Below are positions 36,758 to 49,308 of a stretch of 64,000 bases of DNA, in pieces. The number at the start of each line of letters is the position of its first letter. Positions within the stretch are counted from its first letter, which is position 1. Origin of the DNA: Takakia lepidozioides (lineage: Eukaryota > Plantae > Bryophyta); the NCBI GenBank assembly GCA_030704615.1, contig CM060731.1:55180001-55244000 (forward strand), written 5' to 3'. The notes beneath the pieces are model-generated. The model saw only the letters and a program-made list of their open reading frames with translations. It ran no database searches and had not been told where the DNA came from. The translations under genes were made by a program, and so were the position numbers.

Positions 36758-39700
36758 GTGGTATCATCGACACCTCCAACTGCTCGAGCAGTCACTCCAA
36801 AAGCCGCTACTCATCGCATGTTTGGATCGCCCAACTTGGGGTGGGAGGGCAAACTAAAACCTTTTGTTGGTGGACGGGAGGACCTGCAGCGAGAGTACGA
36901 CAAAATAGACATTGGGGAGGTTGGTGCAGGCGGCATGGCAAGTGAAGGGCATCGGATGAGGACAGTTGATCCGGCAATGGAGGATGTTGATGCACATGCA
37001 GTAGGGCCCGCCCACGCAAAGAAGAAGAAGAAAGCCAAGCACATGCAATCCCCGGCGAGAGAGCCGTCACGGGCTGCGGAGGGGGGAGTGAGCAGGGCGC
37101 GCGAGGGTGTCAGTTCGCCTCAATCAAAGGTGGTCGTCCTGGAGGGCTCATGTTGTTACCCCTAGTAAGAAATAGAAAGCCCGTGAGAGGGCAAAAGAGA
37201 GGGCAAAAGAACAGGCGAGACAGAAGGCTAGCCAGGAGGAAAGAGAAAAGGCCACTAAAGAAGCCAGGGGTGTCGAAATGACAGATGCCCATATAAGCGA
37301 GGGACGCACAGAGACGGTGGATCCCTCCAAGACACCACAAAGAGGCAGTAACACACCGGTTACACCATCGCGGGCAGGAGCAGCCCCCACAATTATCCAT
37401 ACGGTGGAGACTAGAGGAGGGGAAAGAACACCACAAAGAGCACGGATTGTGCAAGTTCGAGGTGAAGCCGGGGAGAGGGTAGTAGAGACGGGGAGAGTGC
37501 TCGAGGTGGTTCCGGCGGTGGTCTACCCCTGGTACCTCCGTCACAGGTGTGGGTATTACATGCACAACAGGGGTTTCCCTGGACAAGCGCTGCACCTCTG
37601 GAACAACTGATTCCCTTACCAAGCCAAAGTTTTCATAGAGACGGTCACCCTTCTCCATTTCGGCCATGACCTGCTCTGTAGTGGGAATGTCCAAGCCTTC
37701 TCCGTCCAGAGCAATGGGGGGTTGTGTCACAGCATACTCTAACTGTAGAACCTCTAAAACAACTGAGTCAACTGGTTGTGGTGGCTGTGGTATCGAAGTG
37801 ACTTCCTCTTCCCTCTCCGAAGGCCGTGGACGACGAGAGGGAGCTTTCTGACCAGGATGACATCCTCCCGGACATCCCCAGGCCCCAAACCCGGAGCATA
37901 CATGCTGGATTTGGCGGTCCGGGTGGGCTGCCGGAGAACCCCCCTGCAACAGACGTCATGTCGGAGTCGGATATGAAGTTGGCCGCTGCCAAGATGTTGG
38001 AGGCAACCCACAGCAACATTGGCAGGGTCCTGGGGGGCATGGTGTACCCGGCCAAGCTTCGGATTCCCCTTTGCCGCTTGGTTTCATTGCAGGTGGTTAG
38101 ACCTGCCCTCCCAGGCGATATCGACAAGCTGAAATTCTCTTTCCGGGAGGGATATCGAATGGGGTCTGCCGCGTTTTACGTTTCCATGGAGAACGACCAC
38201 GGAGCTTCTCGTGCCCACACTTCCGATGAGGTGGACAAATGGGGTCCCCATTGGCAAAGGCGAAATGAGGAGTTCGAGAGATTGATTGCTACTGATCCTC
38301 TTTTTCAGCACTTGTCCGGAAAGATGTTTTACGTGTGGGACGGCAATCATCGCCTCCTGGCATGGATGGAGTACATAGCCCAAGCCCACCCCCAACGACC
38401 TGGATTGGCATTTCGTCGTGGAGTGTGTTGTGCTCAAGGTTGCGGGGCCCAAAGATTGCAATCTTCTCAAAGCGGCAATGGCAGACATCAACTCATAAGT
38501 TACAATGCTTCTTGCTTTGGAACTTTGAATTTGAAACAGACATTTCATTGCCAATCGTCATATTTGTTGCAAATTCTCATTTCTGTATTGTTTAATGGAA
38601 ATGTGGCATTGCAGGGTGACTGAGAATGCCTTCATTGCCACCAACTTGTCCCATATGCTCTTCCGAGTGAAGGATGTCGGGAAGCAGAGGGTTCAAGAGT
38701 TTGCCAATTCGCTCAGTGCCGACCTCCTGCGCAAGTCGGAGGCAAAGGCAGACAGAACTTGGTATAGGCTGAGCATGGACGCCATGGTGGACTACATATT
38801 TTGGGTAAAGCTCCTCACTGTTTTGTTGAGCTAATCTGTCTCTCCTCCCTCAATAGAAGAAAAAGTGTTGAGCAGGATCTCTAATCTTATGTGCGCATTC
38901 TTTGACAGACGAAAATTCAGCAGGATTTGGCACATGCGCGGAGGTTCTACATGGAGTCAGAGGAGAAGAAACTAACCCTCCCGGCACTGGAATCGTATCT
39001 CAAAGCTGCGGAGGCGAAGGCCTGCATCAAGTACAAGTCACGGATGGTAAAGTACGTGGCTATAGCTGATCCCGCCCTTGGTGCCGATTTTCTGGTGGAG
39101 GTGGGGAAGCACTACTCCCGCACTCTGAAGCCCACAATGACACTGGAGAAGTTGCATCGTCTAGCCACATCATGTGTGGATGCAACAAAAAGGTTATACA
39201 TTCTTAACCAAATTGTCGTGGCAACAATTCGTTTTTGTGGTGTTTGGCGCTTACTAATATGTTGGGTGGTTGGACAGACCCGGTGGCTCCAAATCTGGAA
39301 TGGTTCCCAAAGTACAAGGGACATGTGGAGCTTCCCCAAACCCGACAAACTGTCCGACCCCACATTCGACATGTGGATGAACCGCATGACATGGTGGTTT
39401 CAGGTACTTTCCCACGCTTCATTTGGGGCGTCTACTCTTGTATCGGATGGATTTATTGTATTTTTTGAGGAAAATGGTCTGATGGAGAATCTCCACAGGT
39501 GACGACGAATGCGCAAGAGCAGCTTGACACACACGCACATCAGTTCAAGCTGGAGATTTCTAGTGAAGCTGAGAGCCTACGCGACTATGTGACGAGGTAC
39601 TTTCTGCTCTACAAAACCGACCTATTCTTTCGAGAGATACCCCATGCCCGCCGGAGCCACGAGTTCACCGACCAGCCGAACGCGGACAAAGCGGCAATGC

Positions 39701-41957
39701 GCCTTCTGTACAGGTACATACGCTGTGCTTTTCTTTCTAGTCCTAACATTTCCAGGATGTAAGAGGCCCTATGTGGCGCATAAAAATTAGTTGTGGTCCT
39801 AGGAAAAATGGCGCCGAATTTCCGAATTCGGGCCCTGGGGGATGTCCAGGGGGTGCTTGGCACTCAGTCCGGAAATTCGGCGCCATTTTTCCAGTTGCAG
39901 GCCCAGTCAGATCTGGGACTTAGCCATTCTCGGCCCCAACCTGGGAAAATGGCGCCAAATTTCCAGTTGAGGGCCCCGAAAATGGCTAGGTCCCTGGGGT
40001 GGCTAGCACCGAATCCGGAAATTCGGCGCCATTTTTCCAGATCAGGGCAAAGTCAATTCTGGGACTTAGCCATTTTCGGGCCCAACCTGGGAAAATGGCG
40101 CCGAATATCCAGTGCAGGGCCCCGAAAAAGGCTAAGACCCTACAGTGGCAGGCACCGAAACCGGAAATTCGGCGCCATTTTTCCAATTCCGGGCCCAGTC
40201 AGTTCTGGGACTTAGCCATTTTCGGGCCCAACCAGGGAAAATGGTGCCGAATTTCCAGTGAACGGCCCCGAAAATGGCTAAGTCCCTTTAGAGGCAGGCA
40301 CCGAAACAGGAAATTCGGCGCCATTTTTCCAGTTCCGGGCCCAGCGAGTTCTGGGACTTAGGCATATTCGGCCCCAACCTGGGAAAATGGCGCCGGTTTT
40401 CCAGTGTAGGGCCCCTAGTGTGGCAGGCACCGAAACCGGAATTTCTAGTTCCGGGCCTAGTCATTTTCATTCCCTAAAATTTACCTCGTTCTCGGGACCT
40501 CATTTTGTATGTTTCTTGAATGCAGGTACTGCAAGTTCTCCCTTTCAGAGAAAGAACATTTGTCCTTCGAGCCGCCATTCTTCCTCGCATGGAGGAACCC
40601 TGGGGTTGACTCCATGTACACTGACGTCATCGTGAAGGAGTGGCACCTGGAACATTTGCGCGACTGCCCTTGGTATGTGGACCTTCCGCCCGGCTCGCTC
40701 GACCCATCCGAGTTTCAATTGAAGCTGGATGTTGAGGCTCGACGAAACCGGGCTCCGCTACCTCCGATGGGTCCAAAGGATGCGAGAGCGCTTGCCCAGT
40801 CCAGGAAAGCGGCAGAGCTTGCTCAGGCAGGTATTCAAGAGAAATTGAATGAGAAGAATAAAGGACAAAAGAAAAGGACAAGGAAACAGGGGAGTACAAT
40901 AACCCCCAAAAAACAGAAAACCACCGGGGCACCAGAGGAGGCGCAGGAGGGGCCCCAAGGGAGTGACTCCGACGACGACTTTGTGCAAGGTCCTGCGACT
41001 GCTGCTGCTGGTACCAAGTCACCGGTCGTCTGGGTTCCCAAGTCAGTTCGGACTGGGACTGGCTCTGCCAAGAAGTTGGCATTTGAGGGCGAGCCTACAT
41101 GGTGGTATTCGGCGGTGACGTTTCTGAAGAGGCCAAAGCTAGAACCCCCAACCATCATCCAATGTGTCAATGAGAGCTTCCTTGACGCTCTGGCTGCCAG
41201 GGCGAAGAAGGTGGCACATAGCAAGTCTGTGGAGGAGCAGAAGGGGAAAGCCAAGAAGAGGGCTCCCAGTACAGAGCCTAAAGACACCCCTGGTTTTGAA
41301 TCCATGATGGAATTCTTCACGGCTATGAGCACGGATTGCAAGAGCACTCGGGGGGGGGGGGTTGAGGTGGAGAGAGCCTGCGATAGGATTCTCCTCGATA
41401 TTCTAGATGGGGAGCTGCTGGAGGGCCTGGATGGTGTGCCCACATGGAACAGGTTTACTGAGGACTACTGGAGAGCCGGGTTTGGGCTGGCGGGGATACT
41501 CCTGGATGACGGTGGATGTATGGTGGTCCTTGCCACAAGAGGGAAGACCACAGACAATGATGTGGCAAGATGGACACCGAAAAGTGTCACCCCGGTCCTC
41601 CTCAAAAAATGGTTCTGCATCAATACGCAAGGGTTGTGAACAGAGAGCCAGAGTGTAAGTGATCAATCTATTGCATTCACTTCATATTGTGGTGTATCTA
41701 AACTAGACCCTGGAGTTGATCCCTCTTTTGTTGGATGTGCCGACATTGGTGTTTGAGGCATATTGTTTTGTAAAGAGAGGGTCTAAGGAGAAGAGGCAAA
41801 AGATTCCCAGGAGGTGAGGTGGACAGTCCCCCAAGGAGAGGACGGAATTTTTGAGAGGCATAGTGGAACTGATGCATCACAGAGCTCGGAGGATGGGGGG
41901 GGTGAGGGGGATGAGGAGGAAGGCGGGGCAAGTTCCTCGGAGGGTGTAGGAGAGTAG
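36758..41957 (+). pseudogene. ParB-like domain plus amino-methyltransferase gene, copy 1 (SAM-binding exon deleted at 41783)
   Basis: FYVWDGNHRLLAW at about 38327-38365; GT-AG exon chain (first donor mutated to AT at 38495); ILLDILDG; stop TAG 41955-41957; AATAAA at 42021. Confidence 0.8.
39800..40445. repeat. Intronic array (about 73/146-bp period) of GGAAA-N3-GGCGCC-N3-TTTCC in alternating orientation
   Basis: About 9 copies between the donor after RLLYR and the acceptor GCAG|GTACTGC near 40525. Confidence 0.9.
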
Positions 41958-42167
41958 TGCCCATTCCGGCTATGACAATTACGACACACTTGTATAGATG
42001 TGGCTTACCACAAAATTTGCAATAAAATGTTGCATTTCATTGCTATGACGAGTCCACTGGTGCCAAATTCCAACTTCATATGACCCTATTTCCGTGGACA
42101 CACAATGGTCCGCTCATGCTTTTTTTTTTTCCGCTCATGCTCATGCCGCTCATGAAATAGCAACCCC

Positions 42168-43760
42168 CTTTGAGATGAATTTGGTGGAGGTGTGGCAGTC
42201 ACCACACACTCAAAGATTCTTGATGAGACGGAGAGGCGTCCTAGGGGTCGTGCTGATCAGCCCAAAACCAATGGCCAGCTTGGTGGCAAAGAGAAAATTC
42301 CTTTCCTCCACATCATGCAATAAAAAACGTTTGTCAGGCACATACCCCGCCTCCTTCATCTGCCCAGACAATCTTCTCAGCTCAGCATGGATTTCCTTAA
42401 TTCTGGGATGCAACTTGTCATTTGGCTCCTTTCTAACCCCTCTGACCTTCATCATTCTTCTCGCCTTTGTAGTATCATCCCACCTGCCAGCTGCAGCATA
42501 GATGTTTGATATAGCAACACATAAGTCGCGACATCCTGCTCATCCCACTTGAGGATAAATATTGCCACACATTCAGCCATCTCCACATTGCCATGGATTC
42601 TGCAGGCACCAAGCAAGGCCTTCCACACCACAACATATGGATTGATTGGCATTTTATTAATCAGGTCCACTGCCACATGTACTTGTCCCGCTCGTCCAGA
42701 AGGTCCACCATGCAGCAAAGTGCTTTACTGGCAGGGTGACACCATGATATTGACTCAGGGAATCGAAGTAGCATCTTCCTTCATTCAGTAGGCCAGTGTG
42801 GCTACATGTAGAGCGAACACATATAAAGGTGATATTGTCCGGCTTCAAGCCAGCCACATTGTCCAATACTCCCTTTGCATCCTCAATGCACCCACATGGC
42901 GCATACATGTCCACCAGGGCAGTGTCCAGAATGACATTTGGTACAATTCCAGCTTTGATAATGTCACCATGCACCCTTTGCCCTTTTCCAGGGCTGCCAG
43001 GCTTGCACAAGCATTGCAAACGCACAAAAACGTGATGTGGTTGCACTTCACCCGTTCCCCCATCATTTGCTCATAGGTCTCCAAGGCCTCCCCTTCCCCC
43101 AGGCCTCCATCCGCGCGCCCTTGCTGTGCATATCCTACAAGCATGGCTTTCCATGACACCAAATTTTGGTCAGCCATACTGTTGAACACTCCCTTCGCAT
43201 CCTCAATGCTCCCACATTTGGCATACATGTCCACGAGGGTATTGTTCAGAATCACATCTAGTACAATTCCAGCTTTGGCGATGCAACCATGCACCTCTTT
43301 GCCCTTTTCCAGGACTGCCAAGCTTGCACACGCACTGCAAACGCACACAAATGTGATGTGGTTGGGCTTCACCCCTTCCCCCATCATTTGCTCATAGGTC
43401 TCCAAAGCCTCCATCCCACGCCCCTGTTGTGCATACCCCTACAAGCATCACGTTCCACGACACCACATCTCGTTCAGCCATAGTGTTGAAATTAACTCCC
43501 ATCGCATCCTTAATGCACCCACATTTGGCATACATGTCCACCAGGGCAGTGTTTAGGATGACATCTGGTACAATTCCAGCTTTGACGAAGTCACCATGGA
43601 CCTCTTTCCCTTTTTCCAGGGCAGCCAGGCTTGCACACGCACTGCACTCTTCACCCTTTTCCAGAGCTGCCAGGCTTGCACATGCATTGCAAATGCACAG
43701 AAACGTGATGTGGTCGGGCTTCACCCCTTCCCCCATCATTTGATCATAGGTCTCCAAGGC
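42168..43760 (-). pseudogene. PLS-class PPR-E-DYW RNA-editing factor pseudogene, truncated in the DYW domain by the MULE TIR
   Basis: [64 protein letters not shown]; the HSE motif is deleted; many frameshifts. Confidence 0.92.
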
Positions 43761-44889
43761 TCCTGGGAAATCACGCACATCCACAGGTACAAAGCGGCGT
43801 ACAAAACCTGCGACACAGCCTATTATTGTCCCTTCCTCTGTACTCTCCACCTTCCCACTCTTAACACGACCCTTCCTTCTGCTACCCGTACTTCAGGAAA
43901 AATGAATAATTAGGGCAATTCACTTTGAAATGCTTGGAGGTGGCTTGTAATGCACTTAAAGCAGGAAAAATCACCACGGCTGTTGTGAAAGGCAGACAGA
44001 TGCAGCACTCATATGTAAAATAAGTTGCAAGAATAACCAACAAGTATATGTTAAGGACTCTAAAGGTGTGACAGCTGGATGCTAACTGGAATTGAGCAGA
44101 TGAGAGTTTACTAAAATCATGGGAATTGAAGCCCACCAATGCAGCAGACCATCCAAGTCTTAGTAATAATGTAAGTGCACACACATGTGGAAAGGGCTCA
44201 TACTAGCTGACTTCAATTGTCAAGCAAGCAGCCATAGGTAGCAATTGGAATATTTACCAGATCCAGGCTTGGGTGTCGAGAGAACAACAACATTGCCTTC
44301 CTTAAAGTGAAGCTGTCTCTTGGAGTCAAGTGGCATAAGGACCACATCATACCACCCTGCAATGATACAATTGTTAGCAACTATCTAAAACTTACCATCA
44401 AAAGTTCAAGGCAAGTAGTTTTCAGATTTCACTGTTTCATTTTTAGACGTGTGAAGCCAAAATCAGTATTATAGATCTCAGCCATCATTGCCACACTGGA
44501 CAAGATTGCACAGGAGTTACCATAAGGAAACCAGGTAGACACCCTGGTGAGGAGCTACGCACTTTCCCTGTGCAGACCCTGATACTGACTATTTAAGCAT
44601 GTGTCTTTCCAGAATCGGGGAAACTAAGCGAGGCTATGCATCCAAAACAGACGACTTCTTTCAAGTAGGTCATATCCTGGGTAGCAATTATGCTTACAGG
44701 AGAACAAATAACTTGCAGCTACAGATAAGCAAATCACTATACAGTATGCACATTCAAAATGGTTAGATGCATGCAAAATCTAGCATGCAGGAATCTATGA
44801 TGGAATGTCTCATGTCTAAGAATTTCCAACATGTAGGACATAAAGATTCACTTTCACAAATCCATGGCAAAAGAAAAAGAAACTGCAGG

Positions 44890-45462
44890 TGTTTAATTTG
44901 GATATTTTCCTATTGTCACATAGGTTGTATCATGTCAAAGTCACTCCAAACCACTACCAAAGGTTCACTCAACCAGCTAACATGCAGAATTCAACATGGC
45001 AGATTCTGATAAGAAGGGAAAACAAGGTGAAATGTGTAAAGAAGGTGCCTTCTCCTCATCCATGTTATCTGTTTTTGGTTACTTTCCTGCTACCACATTG
45101 GCAGTAACTTGTAAAAGTCACTCCTAACCACCACAGATCCACCCAACGAACTAACTTACAGAATTCAATATGCATCTCAAGGTCGAGTCTGCAGCATTCA
45201 GAATGACATCTGGTAATCTAACATGCATTCACCTTTTTGCCTTGGTTGTCCCACCATTTCTCCCACAGCTTCTCCTCATCTCTGTTTACATGTTTTTGGA
45301 TACTTTCCTCTGTCACATTGGCAATATCATGTCAAAGTCACTCCAAACTACCATTAAAGGTTCACTCACAGCTAACTTACAGAATTCAACATGGAAATTT
45401 AGGGCAGATTCTGATAAGAGAGGAAAACAGGGTGAAATGTGTTGAAGAAGGTGCCTTCTCAT
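44890..45462. repeat. Dispersed/tandem host repeat units that continue at 51214-52130 (MULE target site)
   Basis: Units gtcaaagtcactccaaac...gaaggtgccttctcctcatc recur; about 566-bp period at 51260-52126. Confidence 0.8.
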
Positions 45463-45801
45463 GAGGTTAGCTATTTCATGAGCATGAGCGGCATGAGCGG
45501 AGTAGCAAGACAATCGGTTTTCATGAGCAGAAGTACAAATTTTGGAAATAAAAAACATTAAAAATATTATTTTTAATGGAATGTGTTAAAAAAAACCAAT
45601 ATAATATTCATTGTTTGAAGTAAAAATTGTAGTTTTGAGAGCCGTGCTCATGATATTTCGTCTTCCGCTCATGTGAATTCCGAGCGACATCTGCAAAAAT
45701 GGCGCCGAATTTCGCGGTAATAGGTTTCGCAACTGGAGAAAGCTGCGATGTATTTTGCGGTAATAGGTGTCTCCGGCGAAAAATGGTGCCGAATTTCGCG
45801 G

Positions 45802-47470
45802 CTATAGGTCCCAACATGGCAGGTGTGTAAGCCCAAAATTTGGAAATGTGGCGCCAAATTTCGGTACATGGTGTCGGGGATTGCACAGATATTGGGCAGT
45901 TCTTGGGCCATGTAACTGGAGATTTGGCGCCATTTTCTCAGACATCGGACTTGCGGTGCTTGACGAGACCTCCTCGGGCAACATCACAGGACCATGAGGG
46001 AGCGTGCAAATATTCTTGTCAGCTCGCCATGAAATCTCTTCTCCGCTAGATGCCTCGTCAACTCTTCGTCTCACTGGACGGGTGTGAACATCTCTTTTCA
46101 AGTGTTGGCCACTTCGAAGCAATGGCGTGCCCCAAAGGCCCTCTCGCAAGGCTGCCGCCCACTTGCGAGGATTCTTCGATCGGGAGGCAGTCTGCATCAG
46201 CATTTCTTGCTTGTCCGGCCCCAAGCCCCATTGTTTCCCTTTCAAGAACTCGTTGTACCTGCATTGCTGCATAATTGACCTGACAATGTCCTCCGTTGTG
46301 GCAGTGAGGATGTCCACCAGATGCGCCGCAGAGGAGGCATGCCAGGAAGAATGTACTGATTCGGCCATGTTTGTTGTCGGCATGTCGGTGTCGGAGTCAA
46401 GACACATTTCCTGCACATGCACATGTTCAGGTTACAAGCAAATTACAAATAATGAGTAGCTAGCATAATATTCAACGGGACGCAAATTTGTCCAACTCAC
46501 CTCCCGCATATAGTCGCCGAACTGGAGGAAACGATAATGCCACCATGCTAGCCAACTAACCATTGCTCCCTTGTCTTATTTCTTTACAGCACCTGACGTT
46601 GTCCACCAAGCCCGTATACATGCAAACTGTGTCTCTGCATCATCCAAGGTGGGAGCACTCCTCTCTGAAATCTGGTGCCACGAGCCTGGTTGTGTACTGC
46701 GACAAGCTCTGCAGAAAATGGAACCCACAATATCTCTCCTTGCTTTTCATCGGAACATTGGGGTCTTCCCCGTACACCCTTCGGATGGTAGCCCAATTTG
46801 CTTGTGCGTTGTCCGCCATGAAACCACGAAAATTGGGAGGGGGAAATCCTGCCCTGGCCATTTGTTCGTTTATTCCCTGCCAAAGAAGCATCTCCGATTG
46901 TGTGTCCTCTCCTTTCATCTCACAAATAACAATTGTCATTAGCATCCTGCAGTGGGTGTCGTAGACAGGTGCACCCACTGGTGATTTGTAATTCGCTTGA
47001 TATGGTCGAACATGACCCAACTGTTTTACAAGTCCCCACTCGTCATCCGGTGGACCAGTTCGACGCCGCTGCCAGGCCCACACGTTGACATTTTGAATAC
47101 GAAACAACGATCTGCCTCAGTCCCTTCTCCTGGAAATCTACTTCCATGAATGTAGTCATATCCACATCGTCGCTTCACCTCCAGAATGGAGTGCATATCC
47201 GAGCCACGCCCAATTCTCTGTTTGCAGGAGACAATGTGGTTTTGGACATTCGGTGAACAGACGTGGAACACCGACTCCAGCAATGCCTCCATTTCCTTCT
47301 CATCGAGAGGAACTCTGTCGGAGCCGTCTTCCGACATAATTCTGGCCAATGCCATCTTATGGGCGGCCTGCAGCTGTATATGTTTGGGTTTGGCACCAGG
47401 GTTCAACTTAACCTCCTTCTGAACGAGCTGCTCTGCCTCGTGGGCAGCCTCCCGCGAGTTACCCCTCGTC
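45802..47470 (-). pseudogene. MULE DDE transposase (5'-truncated, frameshifted, one intron at about 46499-46411)
   Basis: VFKMSTCGPGSGVELV, WVMFDHIKR (D1), GFMADNAQAN (D2), YCGFHF (CxxH), WLAWWHYR, PTTNMAESVH (E). Confidence 0.88.
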
Positions 47471-47496
47471 AATTTGTGACAATGGGAACCAACGTG

Positions 47497-48615
47497 TCGG
47501 ATGAAGTCGTCTCAAGGGGACAGGCCGACACCTGGCCGACAGAGAACATCCCTCGGATGGAAAAACGGCGCCGAATTTCCATTAGAGGCCGTTCGGATGA
47601 AGTTGTCTCGGGGGGAGAGGCCGACACCTGGCCGACAGAGAACATCCCTCGGATGGAAAAACGGCGCCGAATCTCCAATGAGGCCGTTCGGATGAAGTTG
47701 TCTCGGGGGTAGAGGCCAACACCTGGCCTACAGAGAATATCCCCCGGATGGCAAAACGGCGCCGAATTTCCATACGAGGCCCGTCGGATGAAGTCGTCTC
47801 AGGGGGAGAGGCCGACACCTGGCCGACAGACAACATCCCTCGGATGGAAAAACGGCGCCGAATTTCCATCCGAGGCCGTTCGGATGAAGTCGTCTCGTGG
47901 GGAGAGGACGATACCTGCCCGACAGAGAACATCCCTCGGATGGAAAAACGGCGCCGAATTTCCATCCGAGGCCGTTCGGATGAAGTGGTCTCGGGGGGAG
48001 AGGCCGACACCTGGCCGACAGAGAACATCCATTGCATGGAAAAACGGCGCCGAATTTCCATACGAGGCCCGTCGGATGAAGTCGTCTCGGGGGGAGAGGC
48101 CGACACCTAGCCGACAGAGAATATCCCTTGGATGGAAAAACGGCGCCGAATTTCCATCCGAGGCCGTTCGGATGAAGTCGTCTCGTGGGGAGGGGACGAC
48201 ACCTGGCCGACAGAGAACATCCCCCGGATGAAAAAACGGTGCCGAATTTCCATCCGAGGCCGTTCGGATGAAGTCGTCTCGGGGGGAGAGGCCGACACCT
48301 GGCCGACAGAGAACATCCCCCGGATGGAAAAACGGCGCCGAATTTCCATTCGAGGCCCGTCGGATGAAGTCGTCTCGGGGGGAGAGGGTGACTCCTGGCC
48401 GACAGAGAACATCCTCCGGATGGAAAAACGGCGCCGAATTTCAGGACGAGGCCCGTCGGATGAAGTCGTCTCGGGGGGAGGCCGACATCTAGCCGACAGA
48501 GAACATCCCTCGAATGGAAAAACGGCGCCGTATTTCCATCCAAGGCCGCACGGATGGAGTCGTCTCGGGGGGAGTGGCCGAAAGAGATCATCTACAGGAT
48601 GGAAAAACGGCGCCA
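47497..48615. repeat. 96-bp tandem array (about 11.5 units), each with the hairpin CGGATGGAAA-AAC-GGCGCC-GAA-TTTCCATCCG
   Basis: Unit counted as 96 bp; produces the 32-aa periodic ORFs in the ORF track. Confidence 0.95.
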
Positions 48616-48729
48616 AATATCCATCAACAGACGCCCGTATCGACCCTTCATCAACAATTTTGATTCGTTTTTCGCGTTTTTTTGTCTAATCAGTCACTCA
48701 ACTTAGAGTTTTTTGCCTGCGGTCCACTT

Positions 48730-49250
48730 CTAAGTCCCTGGGGCGGATGGCACATATTCTGGAAATTCGGCGCCATTTTTCCAGTTCTGGGCCCAGTCAG
48801 TTCTGGGACTTAGCCATTTTCGGACCCTGTACTGGAAAAATGGCGCCATTTTTCCAGTACAGGGTCCAAAAATGGCTAAGTCCCTGGGGCGGATGGCACA
48901 TATTCTAGAAATTCGGCGCCATTTTTCCAGTTCCGGGCCCAGTCATTTCTGGGACTTAGCCATTTTCGGACCCTGTACTGGAAAAATGGCGCCATTTTTC
49001 CAGTACAGGGTCCGAAAATGGCTAAGTCCCTGGGGCGGATGGCACATATTCTGGAAATTTGGCGCCATTTTTCCAGTTCCGGGCCCAGTCAGTTCTGGGA
49101 CTTAACCATTTTCGGACCCTGTACTGGAAAAATGGCGCCATTTTTCCAGTACAGGGTCCGAAAATGGCTAAGTCCCTGGGGCGGATGGCACATATTTTGG
49201 AAATTCGGCGCCATTTTTCCGGTTCCGGGCCCAGCCATTTCTGGGACAGC
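48730..49250. repeat. 146-bp tandem array (about 3.5 units) containing 80-bp palindromes
   Basis: Perfect palindrome at 48951-49030; one-mismatch copies at 48805-48884 and 49097-49176. Confidence 0.95.
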
Positions 49251-49308
49251 CATTTTTTGGCCCAGTCTGGAAAAATGGATGTGATTCTGTCTGTGTTTTT
49301 TGAATGCA

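Larger units (their letters stand above)
36015..42167 (+). mobile_element. MULE copy 1 (left end not found; cargo gene plus right TIR)
   Basis: Inverted duplicate of 56036-64000; ends in TIR ...GCTCATGAAATAGCAACCCC at 42167, inserted in a DYW domain. Confidence 0.8.

Noticed and set aside
47497-48615. CRISPR-like array or repeat-protein ORFs
   Set aside because: The units are full tandem repeats without unique spacers, no cas genes are present, and the context is eukaryotic; the ORFs arise because 96 is a multiple of 3
48730-49250. 146-bp period matching nucleosome core length
   Set aside because: Coincidence cannot be excluded; only about 3.5 units and no linker allowance
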